Positions 1-10,020 of a DNA stretch of 64,000 nucleotides are shown here, piece after piece. The stretch is taken from the NCBI GenBank assembly GCA_963630695.1, contig CAVGNV010000002.1:79197-143196 (forward strand), written 5' to 3'. The DNA is from Paratractidigestivibacter sp. Lineage in GTDB: Bacteria; Bacteroidota; Bacteroidia; Bacteroidales; Bacteroidaceae. The notes beneath the pieces were generated by a model. The model did not search any database. It was not told the origin of the DNA and was given only the letters and a program-made list of their open reading frames with translations. A program made the translations under genes and the position numbers. Position 1 is the stretch's first letter, and each line of letters opens with the position of its first letter.

Positions 1-13
1 TCAATCCATCAGT

Positions 14-1609
14 ATGTTGCTGTTATTGTTTGTCGCTGTTTTCTCGATGACATTGACAGCATGTAGCGATGATGACAATCAGGGAGGCCAGCCGGAGATT
101 ACCGGTATCAAGGTTCTCAGCGACACGATCAATCATAGTTACGATGCAACCTACGACAACGCAGGTGCCGGAACGATGATTGCCATCATGGGTAACAACC
201 TTGGTAGTGCCTTGAAAGTGTACATCAACGATCAGAGTGTCTACTTCAATTCGACGATGAACACCGACCACAGCATCATCGTAACCATTCCTTCAGAGAA
301 AGATGGCTTCAAGCTCTCAGCCTTTGATAGCACTATTCCCGATGAGATTCGTGTAGAAACCACCCATGGTACAGCCGTATATGCGTTCAAGGTGACCGCT
401 CCTGGTCCACAACTCCAGCGCTTAGAGGGTGAGTATCCACGTTTGGCAGGGGACACCGTGCGTCTCTATGGTCTCAACCTCGTTGATGTGAAGAAGGTGT
501 ATATCACCGATGCACAGTCGGCAGCGCTTGACACAACCACATGGACCGAAGTGCCTGGTAACCATTATGACGTAGCTTCCTATTTCGATGTGAAGCAAGA
601 CCATCACCTCAATAGCGAAACCAAAGCTTATGAGACCACCTCTGTGCTTGGCGCAGTGCTTTCATCAGAAGTGCCCGATAGCGGTTCTATCGTTGTAGAG
701 TGTGCTGGTGGTACATCATACCTAGGTTTCTACAAGCGTCCTGGCAAACCTGTTATCCTCAGTGTATCTAACGATATGCCAATGATTGGCGAAACCTTGG
801 TTCTCACCGGACGTGAGTTTGTACAGGTAGAAAGCATTACCTACGGTGATGTAACCCTCGATGCAAGTCAGTTCTCTGTTTCTGCAACACAAGATTCTAT
901 CTTTGTTCCATTTGCTCAGAAACCAAGTGAGAACTCGGCTACACAGATCACAGTGACCACTCCTGGTGGTTCTGCTACCGCATCTAGCTTCTACGACTAT
1001 ACCACCTTGCTCGCAACATTCGATAATGACGATGTTGCTGACAATAGTTGGAGTCCAAAGGCTTCTCTTGTTGATGGCGGAACAGCCGATGGCAACTACG
1101 AACACATGTATGTAGCAAGCGAAGGAACGCAGTGGTGGGGAACGATGGTGTTCTTCCGTAAAGACTGGAATGGCAGCACATTCTCATTCTCTAACAACAT
1201 TCCTTCTACTGCAACGGCAGACGAACTCTACTTCACTATGGACGTTTACGATGCTGGCGACTTCAACAACGGCGTATACTGGGGTTACCTCCGTTACACC
1301 TTGTTCCCAATTGGCGATGCTGAGAACCAGTATGACAACTTCGAATGGGCCGACTATAGTTCTAATTTAGGATCCTTCCCCGATGGTCCAGTGCTCCAGG
1401 ATATCACCGGTCTCTCACCCAAGAACCAATGGCATAGAGCCGTTGTACCTTTGAGCAAGTTCGCTTGCTACCAAGGCATGACTCTTGAAGAGATTCGTAC
1501 AGTGGGCCTCAATCAGTTCCGCATCCAGTCAATCAACCAAGGTACCGCCAAAGGTAAGGTGGATGTGAAGTTTGATAACATTCGTGTGATCTATATTCCA
1601 AGTAAATAA
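14..1609 (+). CDS. Surface glycan-binding lipoprotein (SGBP-B-like, IPT/TIG-type repeats plus C-terminal CBM-like domain); true start may lie upstream of the window
   Basis: Lipobox LTAC followed by acidic SDDDN; Ig-like repeats (MIAIMGNNL, TVRLYGLNL, TLVLTGREF); Trp-rich C-terminus ending FDNIRV; frame is open back to base 2; heads a mannan PUL segment. Confidence 0.75.
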   Translation: MLLLLFVAVFSMTLTACSDDDNQGGQPEITGIKVLSDTINHSYDATYDNAGAGTMIAIMGNNLGSALKVYINDQSVYFNSTMNTDHSIIVTIPSEKDGFKLSAFDSTIPDEIRVETTHGTAVYAFKVTAPGPQLQRLEGEYPRLAGDTVRLYGLNLVDVKKVYITDAQSAALDTTTWTEVPGNHYDVASYFDVKQDHHLNSETKAYETTSVLGAVLSSEVPDSGSIVVECAGGTSYLGFYKRPGKPVILSVSNDMPMIGETLVLTGREFVQVESITYGDVTLDASQFSVSATQDSIFVPFAQKPSENSATQITVTTPGGSATASSFYDYTTLLATFDNDDVADNSWSPKASLVDGGTADGNYEHMYVASEGTQWWGTMVFFRKDWNGSTFSFSNNIPSTATADELYFTMDVYDAGDFNNGVYWGYLRYTLFPIGDAENQYDNFEWADYSSNLGSFPDGPVLQDITGLSPKNQWHRAVVPLSKFACYQGMTLEEIRTVGLNQFRIQSINQGTAKGKVDVKFDNIRVIYIPSK

Positions 1610-1631
1610 TTGACATTTGAACCATAACAAT

Positions 1632-3131
1632 ATGAAAAAGATATTTGGATTTTTGCTCCTATTTGTTGCAGCTCTCTTCATTCAGAGCTGTAGCGATAGC
1701 GAGGAAACTGTAACAACAACGGGACTGAGCGTGACCGATAAGGATGGCAACAACCTTACCGAACTCAGTTTCAATGCAGCCGAAGCCTATACCATGATAG
1801 GTGTGAAGACTGATGGCGACTGGACCGCTCAGGTGCCCGAAGCTGACACCACATGGCTCAAGATCACTCCTCATGCAGGCTATGGCTGGCAGTATACCGA
1901 TACCACCGCTACCAACACGCGTGCTTATATCCGTGTATCAGTGGAGAAGAATAGCGGTGAGGATCGCCAATCTACCATCACTCTCACCTCAGGAGGTTAC
2001 ACCCAGGTGGTGACAGTGACCCAGAAAGGCATCGGAACCGATCCTGATGATCCATTTGAGAGCGTTTGGACCATGGTGGGCAAGTTTAAGATGGGTTACA
2101 ATCTTGGTAACACCTTAGAGTCGAATCCTAGTGGCTCATGGTGGGAAGACAAGATTAAGAACCTATCCGGAAGCGAGTTGGTAGAGGCATACGAGACCGC
2201 TTGGGGTCAGCCCGTTATCACTCAAGAGACCATTGATAAAATCCATGCACAAGGCTTCAATGTGATTCGTATCCCTGTAACATGGGCTCCACACATGGAT
2301 GAGAACGATGTGATAGATGCAACATGGATGAATCGTGTAGAGGAAGTGGTCAAATACGCCCTCAAGGATAGCGGTTATGTTATCATAAACGCAATGCACG
2401 ATGTAGGCTCGGATGCTTGGTTGACCACCGATCCGGATGCTTATGCTACCTCAACGGTGAAGTATCAGACCATCTGGCGTCAGATTGCAGAACGCTTCAA
2501 AGACTATGATGATCACTTGATCTTCGAGTCTTTCAATGAGATCTTGGACAAAAACTTCTCTTGGACCGCTCCAGCTGCAGGTAGCGCTGACTATGAAACC
2601 GTGAACAAACTGCAACAAGACTTTGTCAATGTGGTACGTTCTACCGGTGGAAACAATGCTTACCGCAACCTCGGTGTTACCACCTATTCGGCTACAGGCA
2701 ACTCGGCTGCTGCAGTCAGCAGTGTAGAGAAACCTAATGATGTGCATCCTAACCACATCTATTTCACGGTACACAGCTATGATCCATACAATTTCTGTAA
2801 CGACAATAGCGGTGTAGACGATGCTGGCAATGCTTACGACTGGAACATCAAGGTGTTTGATGACGACTGCAAGAGCCAGATTGACGACATCATCTCAATG
2901 GTTAAGACACGTGCTAATGCCTTGGATATGCCATTCATCTTCGGCGAATTTGGTGCCATCGATGAGAACAAGAGCATGGACGAACGTGTGAAGTATGCTA
3001 CCTATGTGGCTACCTCTCTGAAGAACGAGCACACCACCGGTTTGTGGTGGATGGGTCTCTATGACCGTAAGGCCAAAGACTGGTATGAGCAGCGTATCGT
3101 GGATGCTCTCAAAGCAGTGTTCTTGAAGTAA
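1632..3131 (+). CDS. Lipoprotein GH5 endo-beta-1,4-glycanase with N-terminal BACON domain
   Basis: Lipobox IQSC; BACON pattern (W..W..RQSTITL..VTVTQKG); GH5 motifs GYNLGNTLE, IRIPVTW, FESFNE (acid/base), HSYDP, FGEFG (nucleophile); ATG at 1632 preferred over TTG 1617. Confidence 0.88.
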   Translation: MKKIFGFLLLFVAALFIQSCSDSEETVTTTGLSVTDKDGNNLTELSFNAAEAYTMIGVKTDGDWTAQVPEADTTWLKITPHAGYGWQYTDTTATNTRAYIRVSVEKNSGEDRQSTITLTSGGYTQVVTVTQKGIGTDPDDPFESVWTMVGKFKMGYNLGNTLESNPSGSWWEDKIKNLSGSELVEAYETAWGQPVITQETIDKIHAQGFNVIRIPVTWAPHMDENDVIDATWMNRVEEVVKYALKDSGYVIINAMHDVGSDAWLTTDPDAYATSTVKYQTIWRQIAERFKDYDDHLIFESFNEILDKNFSWTAPAAGSADYETVNKLQQDFVNVVRSTGGNNAYRNLGVTTYSATGNSAAAVSSVEKPNDVHPNHIYFTVHSYDPYNFCNDNSGVDDAGNAYDWNIKVFDDDCKSQIDDIISMVKTRANALDMPFIFGEFGAIDENKSMDERVKYATYVATSLKNEHTTGLWWMGLYDRKAKDWYEQRIVDALKAVFLK

Positions 3132-3154
3132 TCGTATAGCTACGATAATCCTCT

Positions 3155-3202
3155 AAAGGGGAAAGTCTTACCACACGAAAGGTAAGGTTTTCCCCTTTCT
3201 TT
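3155..3202 (+). terminator. Intrinsic terminator after GH5
   Basis: AAAGGGGAAAGTCTTACC / GGTAAGGTTTTCCCCTTT stem followed by CTTT. Confidence 0.8.
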
Positions 3203-3219
3203 ATGCCCCTTTGAAAGGT

Positions 3220-3368
3220 GAAAACAATTTATTTTCCCATGAAAATCAATTTATTTTTTGATGAAAAATAAATTAAAATTGCATCCCATTCTGTACCTTT
3301 TGCGTTATCATTCGGCTTCTTTCGGATTACCAAACCATCTCTATCGTATCTAGATAGAGGTGCTATTG
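3220..3368. repeat. Dispersed 22-bp-period element, copy 1
   Basis: AAAAT(C/A)AATT(T/G)ATTTT-like units with AATT centres at 3226, 3248, 3271; degenerate in-phase units ending TTTG/TTCG/ATCG/ATTG at 3302, 3324, 3346, 3368. Confidence 0.75.
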
Positions 3369-3494
3369 CTTTAAAAGTGTTATTCTTTCTCCTTCTGATA
3401 CTATATTTACGGCGATTTTTGTAGGTTGATTTATTTTGCTCAATTAGGCAAAGTCTTTAATAAAAAAGTATTATGATATTGTGCAAAATAATCG

Positions 3495-3502
3495 TAATTT
3501 TG
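3495..3502 (+). promoter_or_regulatory. Bacteroidota -7 promoter element for the CE7-GH26-GH130 operon
   Basis: TAATTTTG matches TAnnTTTG, 24 bp upstream of ATG 3526. Confidence 0.6.
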
Positions 3503-3525
3503 TACCGTTAAACAATCTATCAGCT

Positions 3526-4830
3526 ATGCAAGCAACATTTACAAAGACGCAAATAATTAGTAGGTTAGTTATTATAGTTGTAGGCTTAATGTTGTTGTTA
3601 CCTGTTTCTGCCCAGATTCGAGGTAACAACATCGAAGTCTTAGTTTCCCCCAACCATTCAGACTGGAATTATAAAGTAGGCGAAACAGCCCAGTTTGAGG
3701 TACGTGTCCTCAAATCAGGTGCCGTGATGGATAAGGTGCAGATAGATTACGAGGCAGGTCCCGTGATGTATCCCGATGTCAAGAAACAAGTGACGCTGAC
3801 CGATGGCTGCTTTCGTTGGAAGGGTAAGATGACCACTCCAGGCTTCTATCGTCTGAAGGTTACAGCCCATGTGGATGGCAAATCGTATGATGGCTCTTGC
3901 ACGGCAGCCTTCTCACCCGAGCAGATCAAGCCTTATGCTAAGGACGCTGAACGCTTTGACGCATTCTGGAAGGAGACGCTTGACGCCGCTCGTCAGTATG
4001 ATCTCAATCCTACGATGACCCTTTTGCCCGAACGATGCAATAAGGATAACAATGTATATGAGGTGAGCTTTGTGAACGATGCTCCCAGCTCACGCTTCTA
4101 TGGCATCCTCTCTGTGCCTAAGAAACCAGGCAAGTATCCCGCCTTGCTACGTGTTCCAGGAGCAGGTGTTCGCCCCTATGAAGGTGATAGCTACACTGCG
4201 CCAGGTCGTTGTATCGTGCTCGAAGTGGGTATTCATGGCATCCCAGTGACGATGAAACAAGAGGTTTATGATCGCTTGCTTGGCGGTGCGCTCAACAATT
4301 ATTGGGCAGTTAATCTTGATAATCCATACAATAATTATTATAGAAGAGTGATTACGGGTGCTGTGCGCTCAGTCGACTTTATTGCTTCTCTGCCCGAATG
4401 GGATGCCAAGACGCTTGGTGTTACAGGCTCTTCTCAAGGCGGATTCCTCTCTATCGCTACCGCAGCGCTCGACTCACGCGTCACCTTCTTTGCCGCAGTG
4501 CACGATGCGATGTGCGACTTTGAGGCAGAAGCGCACAACGTAGCAGGTGGTTGGCCACATTATTTTTATAATAATAGCAAGCCCGATGCAACAAAGATAG
4601 AAGGAGCACGTTATTATGATGGTGTCAACTTTGCACGCCGATGCCATGTGCCAGCGTGGTTCTCCTTTGGTTATAATGACGATGTAGTGCCCCCAACATC
4701 TTCTTATGGCCTATATAACGTCTACCCTGGACCTAAGCAACTGTCAGTGTATCAGAAGACTGGCCACTTCTGGTATCAAGAACAATGGGACGAATGGCTC
4801 GCCTGGCTTGTGAAACAGATGGGACTTTAA
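3526..4830 (+). CDS. CE7-family acetyl esterase (probable acetyl-mannan esterase), secreted
   Basis: Signal peptide; GSSQGG nucleophile elbow, DDVVPP, GH catalytic His; mannan PUL context; start moved to the ATG downstream of the promoter. Confidence 0.85.
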   Translation: MQATFTKTQIISRLVIIVVGLMLLLPVSAQIRGNNIEVLVSPNHSDWNYKVGETAQFEVRVLKSGAVMDKVQIDYEAGPVMYPDVKKQVTLTDGCFRWKGKMTTPGFYRLKVTAHVDGKSYDGSCTAAFSPEQIKPYAKDAERFDAFWKETLDAARQYDLNPTMTLLPERCNKDNNVYEVSFVNDAPSSRFYGILSVPKKPGKYPALLRVPGAGVRPYEGDSYTAPGRCIVLEVGIHGIPVTMKQEVYDRLLGGALNNYWAVNLDNPYNNYYRRVITGAVRSVDFIASLPEWDAKTLGVTGSSQGGFLSIATAALDSRVTFFAAVHDAMCDFEAEAHNVAGGWPHYFYNNSKPDATKIEGARYYDGVNFARRCHVPAWFSFGYNDDVVPPTSSYGLYNVYPGPKQLSVYQKTGHFWYQEQWDEWLAWLVKQMGL

Positions 4831-4875
4831 CCCCTTACATAGACCAATAAATAACAAAACATTAATACATAGATA

Positions 4876-5982
4876 ATGAACAAACTAATCTTAACGATGG
4901 CTTCATTAGCAATAGCCACTACAACCTTGGCGGGAAACCCCGTTGATGGCTTACGCAATCGCCTTGTCAAACTGCAAGATAAAGGTATCATGATAGGTCA
5001 CCAAGATGACCCCTTGTATGGTACTACGTGGAAATGGGATGAGAATCGTTCCGATGTGAAAGAGACCTGTGGCGACTATCCCGCTGTGATGGGATTCGAA
5101 CTGGGTAACATTGAGAATGGCGCAGATAAGAGTATTGACGGCGTTCCCTTTGATCGCATCCGTCAAGAGGTTGCCAACCAGCATGCTCGTGGAGGAATTG
5201 TGACCATCTCTTGGCACCCTTATAATCCCGAAACCGGAAAAGACGCTTGGGATCCATCGGGCTATCCCGTAGGCAAGATTCTACCCGGAGGAGCACTCAG
5301 TGCTAAGTTTAATGGTTGGCTCGATATCCTTGTGACCTATTTCAACTCGCTAAAGACAGCTAAAGGTGATCTCATCCCCGTGATCTTCCGCCCTTGGCAT
5401 GAGATGAGCGGCGGCTGGTTCTGGTGGGGTAAGGAGTCGTGCACACCTACACAGTATAAGCAGCTCTATCGTTACACCGTCAATTATCTCAAGGAACATG
5501 GTGTGACCAATCTGCTCTATGCTTACAGCCCTGGTGGTACACCACAGGAAACGGAAGAAAACTTCATGAAGTTCTACCCGGGCGACTCGTATGTTGACCT
5601 CGTAGGTGCAGACCTCTATGCCAGTCCTGACCGCGCAAAGTATGTCAAGGAGATGAAGGAAGAGTTTGCAGTGGTGACCAAGGTAGCAACCGATCACAAC
5701 AAGATAGCTTGTGTAGCCGAGACCGGATTCCGTAACACACCCGATGCTGAATGGTTTACCAAAGGTCTGTGGGAGGCTGTTAAGGACTTCAAACTGAGCT
5801 ATGTGCTCCTATGGCGCAATGCTTGGGATCAGGCAGAGGAAAACTTTGGCCCCGCACCAAACAAGACTTCTGCAGACGACTTCCGCACACTCTACAACGA
5901 TCCTAAGACCCTTTTCCTCAAGGACGTAGTGCCAGCAAAACCTCAAACCAAGAAAGCAGCAAAGAAGAAAAATAAAAAATAA
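4876..5982 (+). CDS. GH26 beta-mannanase
   Basis: Signal peptide; GHQDD, TISWH, FRPWHEMSGGWFWWG (acid/base), YPGDSYVDLVG, AETG (nucleophile), LLWRN. Confidence 0.93.
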   Translation: MNKLILTMASLAIATTTLAGNPVDGLRNRLVKLQDKGIMIGHQDDPLYGTTWKWDENRSDVKETCGDYPAVMGFELGNIENGADKSIDGVPFDRIRQEVANQHARGGIVTISWHPYNPETGKDAWDPSGYPVGKILPGGALSAKFNGWLDILVTYFNSLKTAKGDLIPVIFRPWHEMSGGWFWWGKESCTPTQYKQLYRYTVNYLKEHGVTNLLYAYSPGGTPQETEENFMKFYPGDSYVDLVGADLYASPDRAKYVKEMKEEFAVVTKVATDHNKIACVAETGFRNTPDAEWFTKGLWEAVKDFKLSYVLLWRNAWDQAEENFGPAPNKTSADDFRTLYNDPKTLFLKDVVPAKPQTKKAAKKKNKK

Positions 5983-5996
5983 AATATAAAAAAGTC

Positions 5997-7163
5997 ATGT
6001 CAGAATTTAACGAAAAAGTAAAAGCACTCAAAGCACATCACGAAGAGCTTCTCACTAAGAAGAATGTAGCAGAAGAGTGGGGCAATGGCATCTACACACG
6101 CTATGTCAACCCTATCCTCACCGCTGAACATACACCACTAGAATGGCGTTACGACTTCAACGAGAAGGACAACCCCTATCTGATGCAACGTATCATGATG
6201 AACGCCACGCTCAATAGTGGTGCTATCAAGTGGAATGGCAAGTACGTGCTCGTAGTGCGTGTTGAGGGAGCTGACCGTAAGAGCTTCTTCGCTGTAGCAG
6301 AGAGCCCTAACGGTGTGGACAACTTCCGTTTCTGGGACGAACCTATCACCATGCCTGACGATGTAGTGCCCGCAACCAATATCTATGATATGCGTCTCAC
6401 TGCACATGAGGACGGATGGGTATATGGTGTGTTCTGCGCTGAGCGTCATGATGATAGCCAGCCCGGTGACCTCTCAGCTGCAACAGCTACCGCAGCCATT
6501 GCGCGCACCAAGGACTTGATCCATTGGGACCGTCTGCCCGACTTGAAGTCGGCTAGCCAGCAACGCAACGTGGTGCTTCATCCCGAGTTTGTTGATGGCA
6601 AGTATGCCTTCTACACCCGCCCACAGGATGGCTTCATCGACGCTGGTTCAGGCGGTGGCATCGGATGGGCATTGGTAGATGACATCGAGCACGCTGAGGT
6701 TAAGGAAGAGAAGATTATCAATATGCGCCACTATCACACCATCATGGAGGTGAAGAACGGTGAGGGACCTCATCCTATCAAGACCTCTAAGGGATGGTTG
6801 CACCTAGCTCACGGTGTACGTGGATGTGCCAGTGGTCTGCGCTATGTGCTCTATATGTACATGACTGCGCTTGACGATCCTACACGCGTCATCGCTCAAC
6901 CAGGTGGCTACTTCCTCGTTCCTCAAGGTCCCGAATATATCGGTGATGTGATGAATGTGGCTTTTGCTAACGGTTGGATTGCTGATGAAGATGGCAAGGT
7001 GTTCATCTATTATGCAAGTTCTGATACTCGTATGCATGTGGCAACAAGCACCATTGACAAGCTCGTTGACTATTGCATGAACACTCCTGAAGATGGATTC
7101 ACCACCTCAGCAAGTGTTGAGACCATCAAGAAGCTGGTAGCAAAGAATCGTAACAACAAATAA
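5997..7163 (+). CDS. GH130 4-O-beta-D-mannosyl-D-glucose phosphorylase
   Basis: RVEGADRKSFFAVAES, YDMRLTAHEDGW, QQRNVVLHPEFVDGKYAFYTRP, YYASSDTRMHVATST; cytoplasmic; next to GH26 and epimerase. Confidence 0.93.
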   Translation: MSEFNEKVKALKAHHEELLTKKNVAEEWGNGIYTRYVNPILTAEHTPLEWRYDFNEKDNPYLMQRIMMNATLNSGAIKWNGKYVLVVRVEGADRKSFFAVAESPNGVDNFRFWDEPITMPDDVVPATNIYDMRLTAHEDGWVYGVFCAERHDDSQPGDLSAATATAAIARTKDLIHWDRLPDLKSASQQRNVVLHPEFVDGKYAFYTRPQDGFIDAGSGGGIGWALVDDIEHAEVKEEKIINMRHYHTIMEVKNGEGPHPIKTSKGWLHLAHGVRGCASGLRYVLYMYMTALDDPTRVIAQPGGYFLVPQGPEYIGDVMNVAFANGWIADEDGKVFIYYASSDTRMHVATSTIDKLVDYCMNTPEDGFTTSASVETIKKLVAKNRNNK

Positions 7164-7179
7164 ATCATTGTTCCATATC

Positions 7180-7231
7180 GGCAGACGCTGCTCCCTGTGT
7201 TGGGAGTGGTGCCTGCCATTCCTTTTTCTTT
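7180..7231 (+). terminator. Hairpin / partial terminator between GH130 and symporter
   Basis: GGCAGACGCTGCTCCC / GGGAGTGGTGCCTGCC stem followed by ATTCCTTTTTCTTTT. Confidence 0.65.
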
Positions 7232-7262
7232 TATGTCCTCATTTATATAATAACTAAAACCT

Positions 7263-8645
7263 ATGTCAATAAATCTAGATAAAGCGAACACCCCACAGAC
7301 AAAGGCTAGCTTCGTTGAAAAGATCGGCTACGCCTTGGGTGACGCCGCAGCAGGAGGTATCACATGGAAGATTATGTCCATCGCGTTCCCCTTCTTCTTT
7401 ACCAACGTATTTGGTTTGACCCTCTATGATACAGCAACCTTGATGCTCATTGCACGTCTCTTTGATGTGGTCACTGACCCCTTGATGGGTAGCTTGGCTG
7501 ACAGAACACAGTCGAAGTTTGGTACCTATCGTCCTTGGCTCATCTATGGAGCTATCCCCTTCGGTGTGATTTTTGCTTTGTTGCTTCAGACACCCGACTT
7601 TGGTCCAGTGGGCAAGCGCGTCTATGCTTATGCTCTTTACCTATTGATGATGGCGGTTTACACCATGGTCAATGTGCCTTATGGCTCTCTGCTCGGTGTG
7701 ATGACCGAAGATGACAACGAGAAAAACCAGTTCTCATCCTTCCGTATGGTAGGTGCTTACGCTATGGGCTTTGTTACCCTGTTCTCTTGGCCTTATGTGT
7801 TGAAGTTTATCGGTGGCGCTGATGCGCATCAGTATGGTGTGGCAGGTGTAATCTTTGGTGTGATAGCAGCAGTGATGACCCTTGCTTGCGGTTTGCTTAC
7901 TAAGGAGCGTCTCAAACCCGTTCGCGCTGAGAAATTCTCCTTTAAGCAGTTTGCCGACTTGGTAAAGAACGTGCCTTGGATCTACCTCACGCTGATGGGA
8001 GTATGTACCAACTTCTTTAACGGTTTCCGTTATGCAGCAGCCAGTTACATGTTCACCTATTGCCTCAATGGCGATATCGAGATAGGTACATTGATTATCA
8101 ACTATACCGTGTTCATGACCTTTGGCGAATTGACCTGTATGATCTTCGGTGGTGTTTCTCCATGGTTTACCAAGATGGTGGGCTCTAAGCGTCAAGCGTT
8201 CTTCATCTCAGGCGTTATCTGCTTGGTACTTTCTATCGCCTTCTTCTTCATCCCAATGCAGAAGGAATATATCTGGGTGATGATTGCTGTGGTGATCCTT
8301 ACCTCTATCGGTGTCGGACTGTATTCGCCATTGTTATGGTCTATGTATTCGGACGTAGCCGACTATGCTACCGAGAAGAACGGTGTGTCTTCTACAGGTC
8401 TGATCTTCTCCTCTGGTACCATGTCACAGAAGTTTGGTACAGCCATCTCAGGCTCTCTTGTAACCTTGTTCCTCGGCATGGCAGGTATGCGCAATACCCT
8501 TGATACAGCTGGTAACACCATCATTGATCCTACATCCATCACTGACTCGGTGCGCACAATGATTTGGGCGCTGTTCTCTATCATCCCTGCAGTGGTGTGC
8601 GTGGTGATGTTGTATCTCACTTACAAGTATCCTATTAAGAAATAA
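7263..8645 (+). CDS. GPH/MFS sugar:cation symporter (probable mannobiose importer)
   Basis: EKIGYALGD, ARLFDVVTDPLMG, FGTYRPW, SDVADY motifs; about 12 hydrophobic segments. Confidence 0.9.
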   Translation: MSINLDKANTPQTKASFVEKIGYALGDAAAGGITWKIMSIAFPFFFTNVFGLTLYDTATLMLIARLFDVVTDPLMGSLADRTQSKFGTYRPWLIYGAIPFGVIFALLLQTPDFGPVGKRVYAYALYLLMMAVYTMVNVPYGSLLGVMTEDDNEKNQFSSFRMVGAYAMGFVTLFSWPYVLKFIGGADAHQYGVAGVIFGVIAAVMTLACGLLTKERLKPVRAEKFSFKQFADLVKNVPWIYLTLMGVCTNFFNGFRYAAASYMFTYCLNGDIEIGTLIINYTVFMTFGELTCMIFGGVSPWFTKMVGSKRQAFFISGVICLVLSIAFFFIPMQKEYIWVMIAVVILTSIGVGLYSPLLWSMYSDVADYATEKNGVSSTGLIFSSGTMSQKFGTAISGSLVTLFLGMAGMRNTLDTAGNTIIDPTSITDSVRTMIWALFSIIPAVVCVVMLYLTYKYPIKK

Positions 8646-8728
8646 ACCTATATGTATGAAAGCCACAATACCATCCTAGCAGCTCTTGCGATTGTGGCTT
8701 TCGTACCATTTTCATATCAAATAGAGAA

Positions 8729-9949
8729 ATGGAAGAACTAAAGAAACAAATGCGCCGAACCCTTGAGGGGAACATTTTGCGCTTTTGGATTGATCGTATG
8801 ACCGACACCGATCATGGCGGGTATTACGGACAGATGGATGGACACGATCAGTTGCACCCTGAGGCAGATAAGGGCTGTATTCTCAACGCCCGTATTCTGT
8901 GGTCGTTCTCTGCAGCTTATCGCGTACTGCAGAATATGTCTTATCTTGAAGCGGCTATCCGCGCGAAGCGATATATCTTGGAACACTTCATCGACAAGGA
9001 GTATGGTGGGGTGTATTGGAGCCTCAATGCTGAGGGCGAACCCGTAGATACCAAGAAGCAGACCTATGCCATAGGTTTCACTATCTATGGTATGAGCGAG
9101 CTGGCACGTGCCACTGGTGACGAGGAAGCGCTTCAATGTGCGCTCCGTTTGTATCATGACATAGAGGATCACACCTTCGACAGTGAACATAACGGATACA
9201 TCGAAGCCCTCACGCGTGACTGGAAACCTATCGCCGACATGCGTTTGAGCGACAAGGACGAGAATGGTTCACGCACGATGAATACCCACTTGCACATCAT
9301 CGAACCTTATACCAACCTGGTGCGCGCCCTTCGCCTTGCGGTGAATCGTGGCGAAACCAAGTATGAGGAAGAGCTTGAGGCGGTAACCAAGTCGACGTAT
9401 AACCTCTTGGATATATTCCTTAATATCCTGCTCAACAAAGAGACCTATCACCTAGATCTGTTCTTTGACGATGCGTGGAACGGCAAACGCAATATCCAAA
9501 GCTTCGGTCATGACATTGAAGCCAGCTGGTTGCTCCATGAGACGGCATTGGTTCTCGGTGACAAACAGGTACTCAAGAAGGTAGAACCCATTATCCGTAA
9601 GATAGCCCTTGCTGCTGATGAAGGCCTCCGTCCGGATGGAAGTATGGTCTATGAAAAATGGCTTGACACGGGCGAGATTGACGAGCAACGTCAGTGGTGG
9701 GTGCTCTGTGAGAGTGTTATAGGTCATGCCAACCTCTATGAACACTTCGGTGATGCCAAAGCATTGGGCATAGCGCTGCGTTGTTGGGACTATATACAGA
9801 AGCGTATCATAGACCGCGTACATGGCGAATGGCACTGGGCGGTGCGACCCGACGGCACGCTCAACTATGACGATGACAAGGCGGGCTTCTGGAAATGTCC
9901 TTATCACAATTCGAGAATGTGTCTAGAAATTTTGGAACGAAACATATAA
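8729..9949 (+). CDS. AGE-family cellobiose/mannobiose 2-epimerase
   Basis: KGCILNARILW, MNTHLH, SFGHDIEASWL, WW, GEW, WKCPYHNSRMC. Confidence 0.92.
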   Translation: MEELKKQMRRTLEGNILRFWIDRMTDTDHGGYYGQMDGHDQLHPEADKGCILNARILWSFSAAYRVLQNMSYLEAAIRAKRYILEHFIDKEYGGVYWSLNAEGEPVDTKKQTYAIGFTIYGMSELARATGDEEALQCALRLYHDIEDHTFDSEHNGYIEALTRDWKPIADMRLSDKDENGSRTMNTHLHIIEPYTNLVRALRLAVNRGETKYEEELEAVTKSTYNLLDIFLNILLNKETYHLDLFFDDAWNGKRNIQSFGHDIEASWLLHETALVLGDKQVLKKVEPIIRKIALAADEGLRPDGSMVYEKWLDTGEIDEQRQWWVLCESVIGHANLYEHFGDAKALGIALRCWDYIQKRIIDRVHGEWHWAVRPDGTLNYDDDKAGFWKCPYHNSRMCLEILERNI

Positions 9950-9954
9950 ATTCG

Positions 9955-9962
9955 TATCTTTG
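9955..9962 (+). promoter_or_regulatory. -7 promoter element for araC-manA
   Basis: TATCTTTG followed by CA, with TTTG at 9931-9934 as -33. Confidence 0.65.
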
Positions 9963-10020
9963 CAAACGGTCACAAGACGAAATACCATCGCTTGTGGCCG
10001 TTTACTAATACCCTATATCT

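Noticed and set aside
5930..5982. Lys-rich C-terminal tail on GH26
   Set aside because: Short basic tails are common on exported proteins; no specific function is supportable
8652..8741. 29-aa hydrophobic small ORF (MYESHNTILAALAIVAFVPFSYQIEKWKN)
   Set aside because: Coincides with a 15-bp stem-loop that better explains the sequence; no independent support
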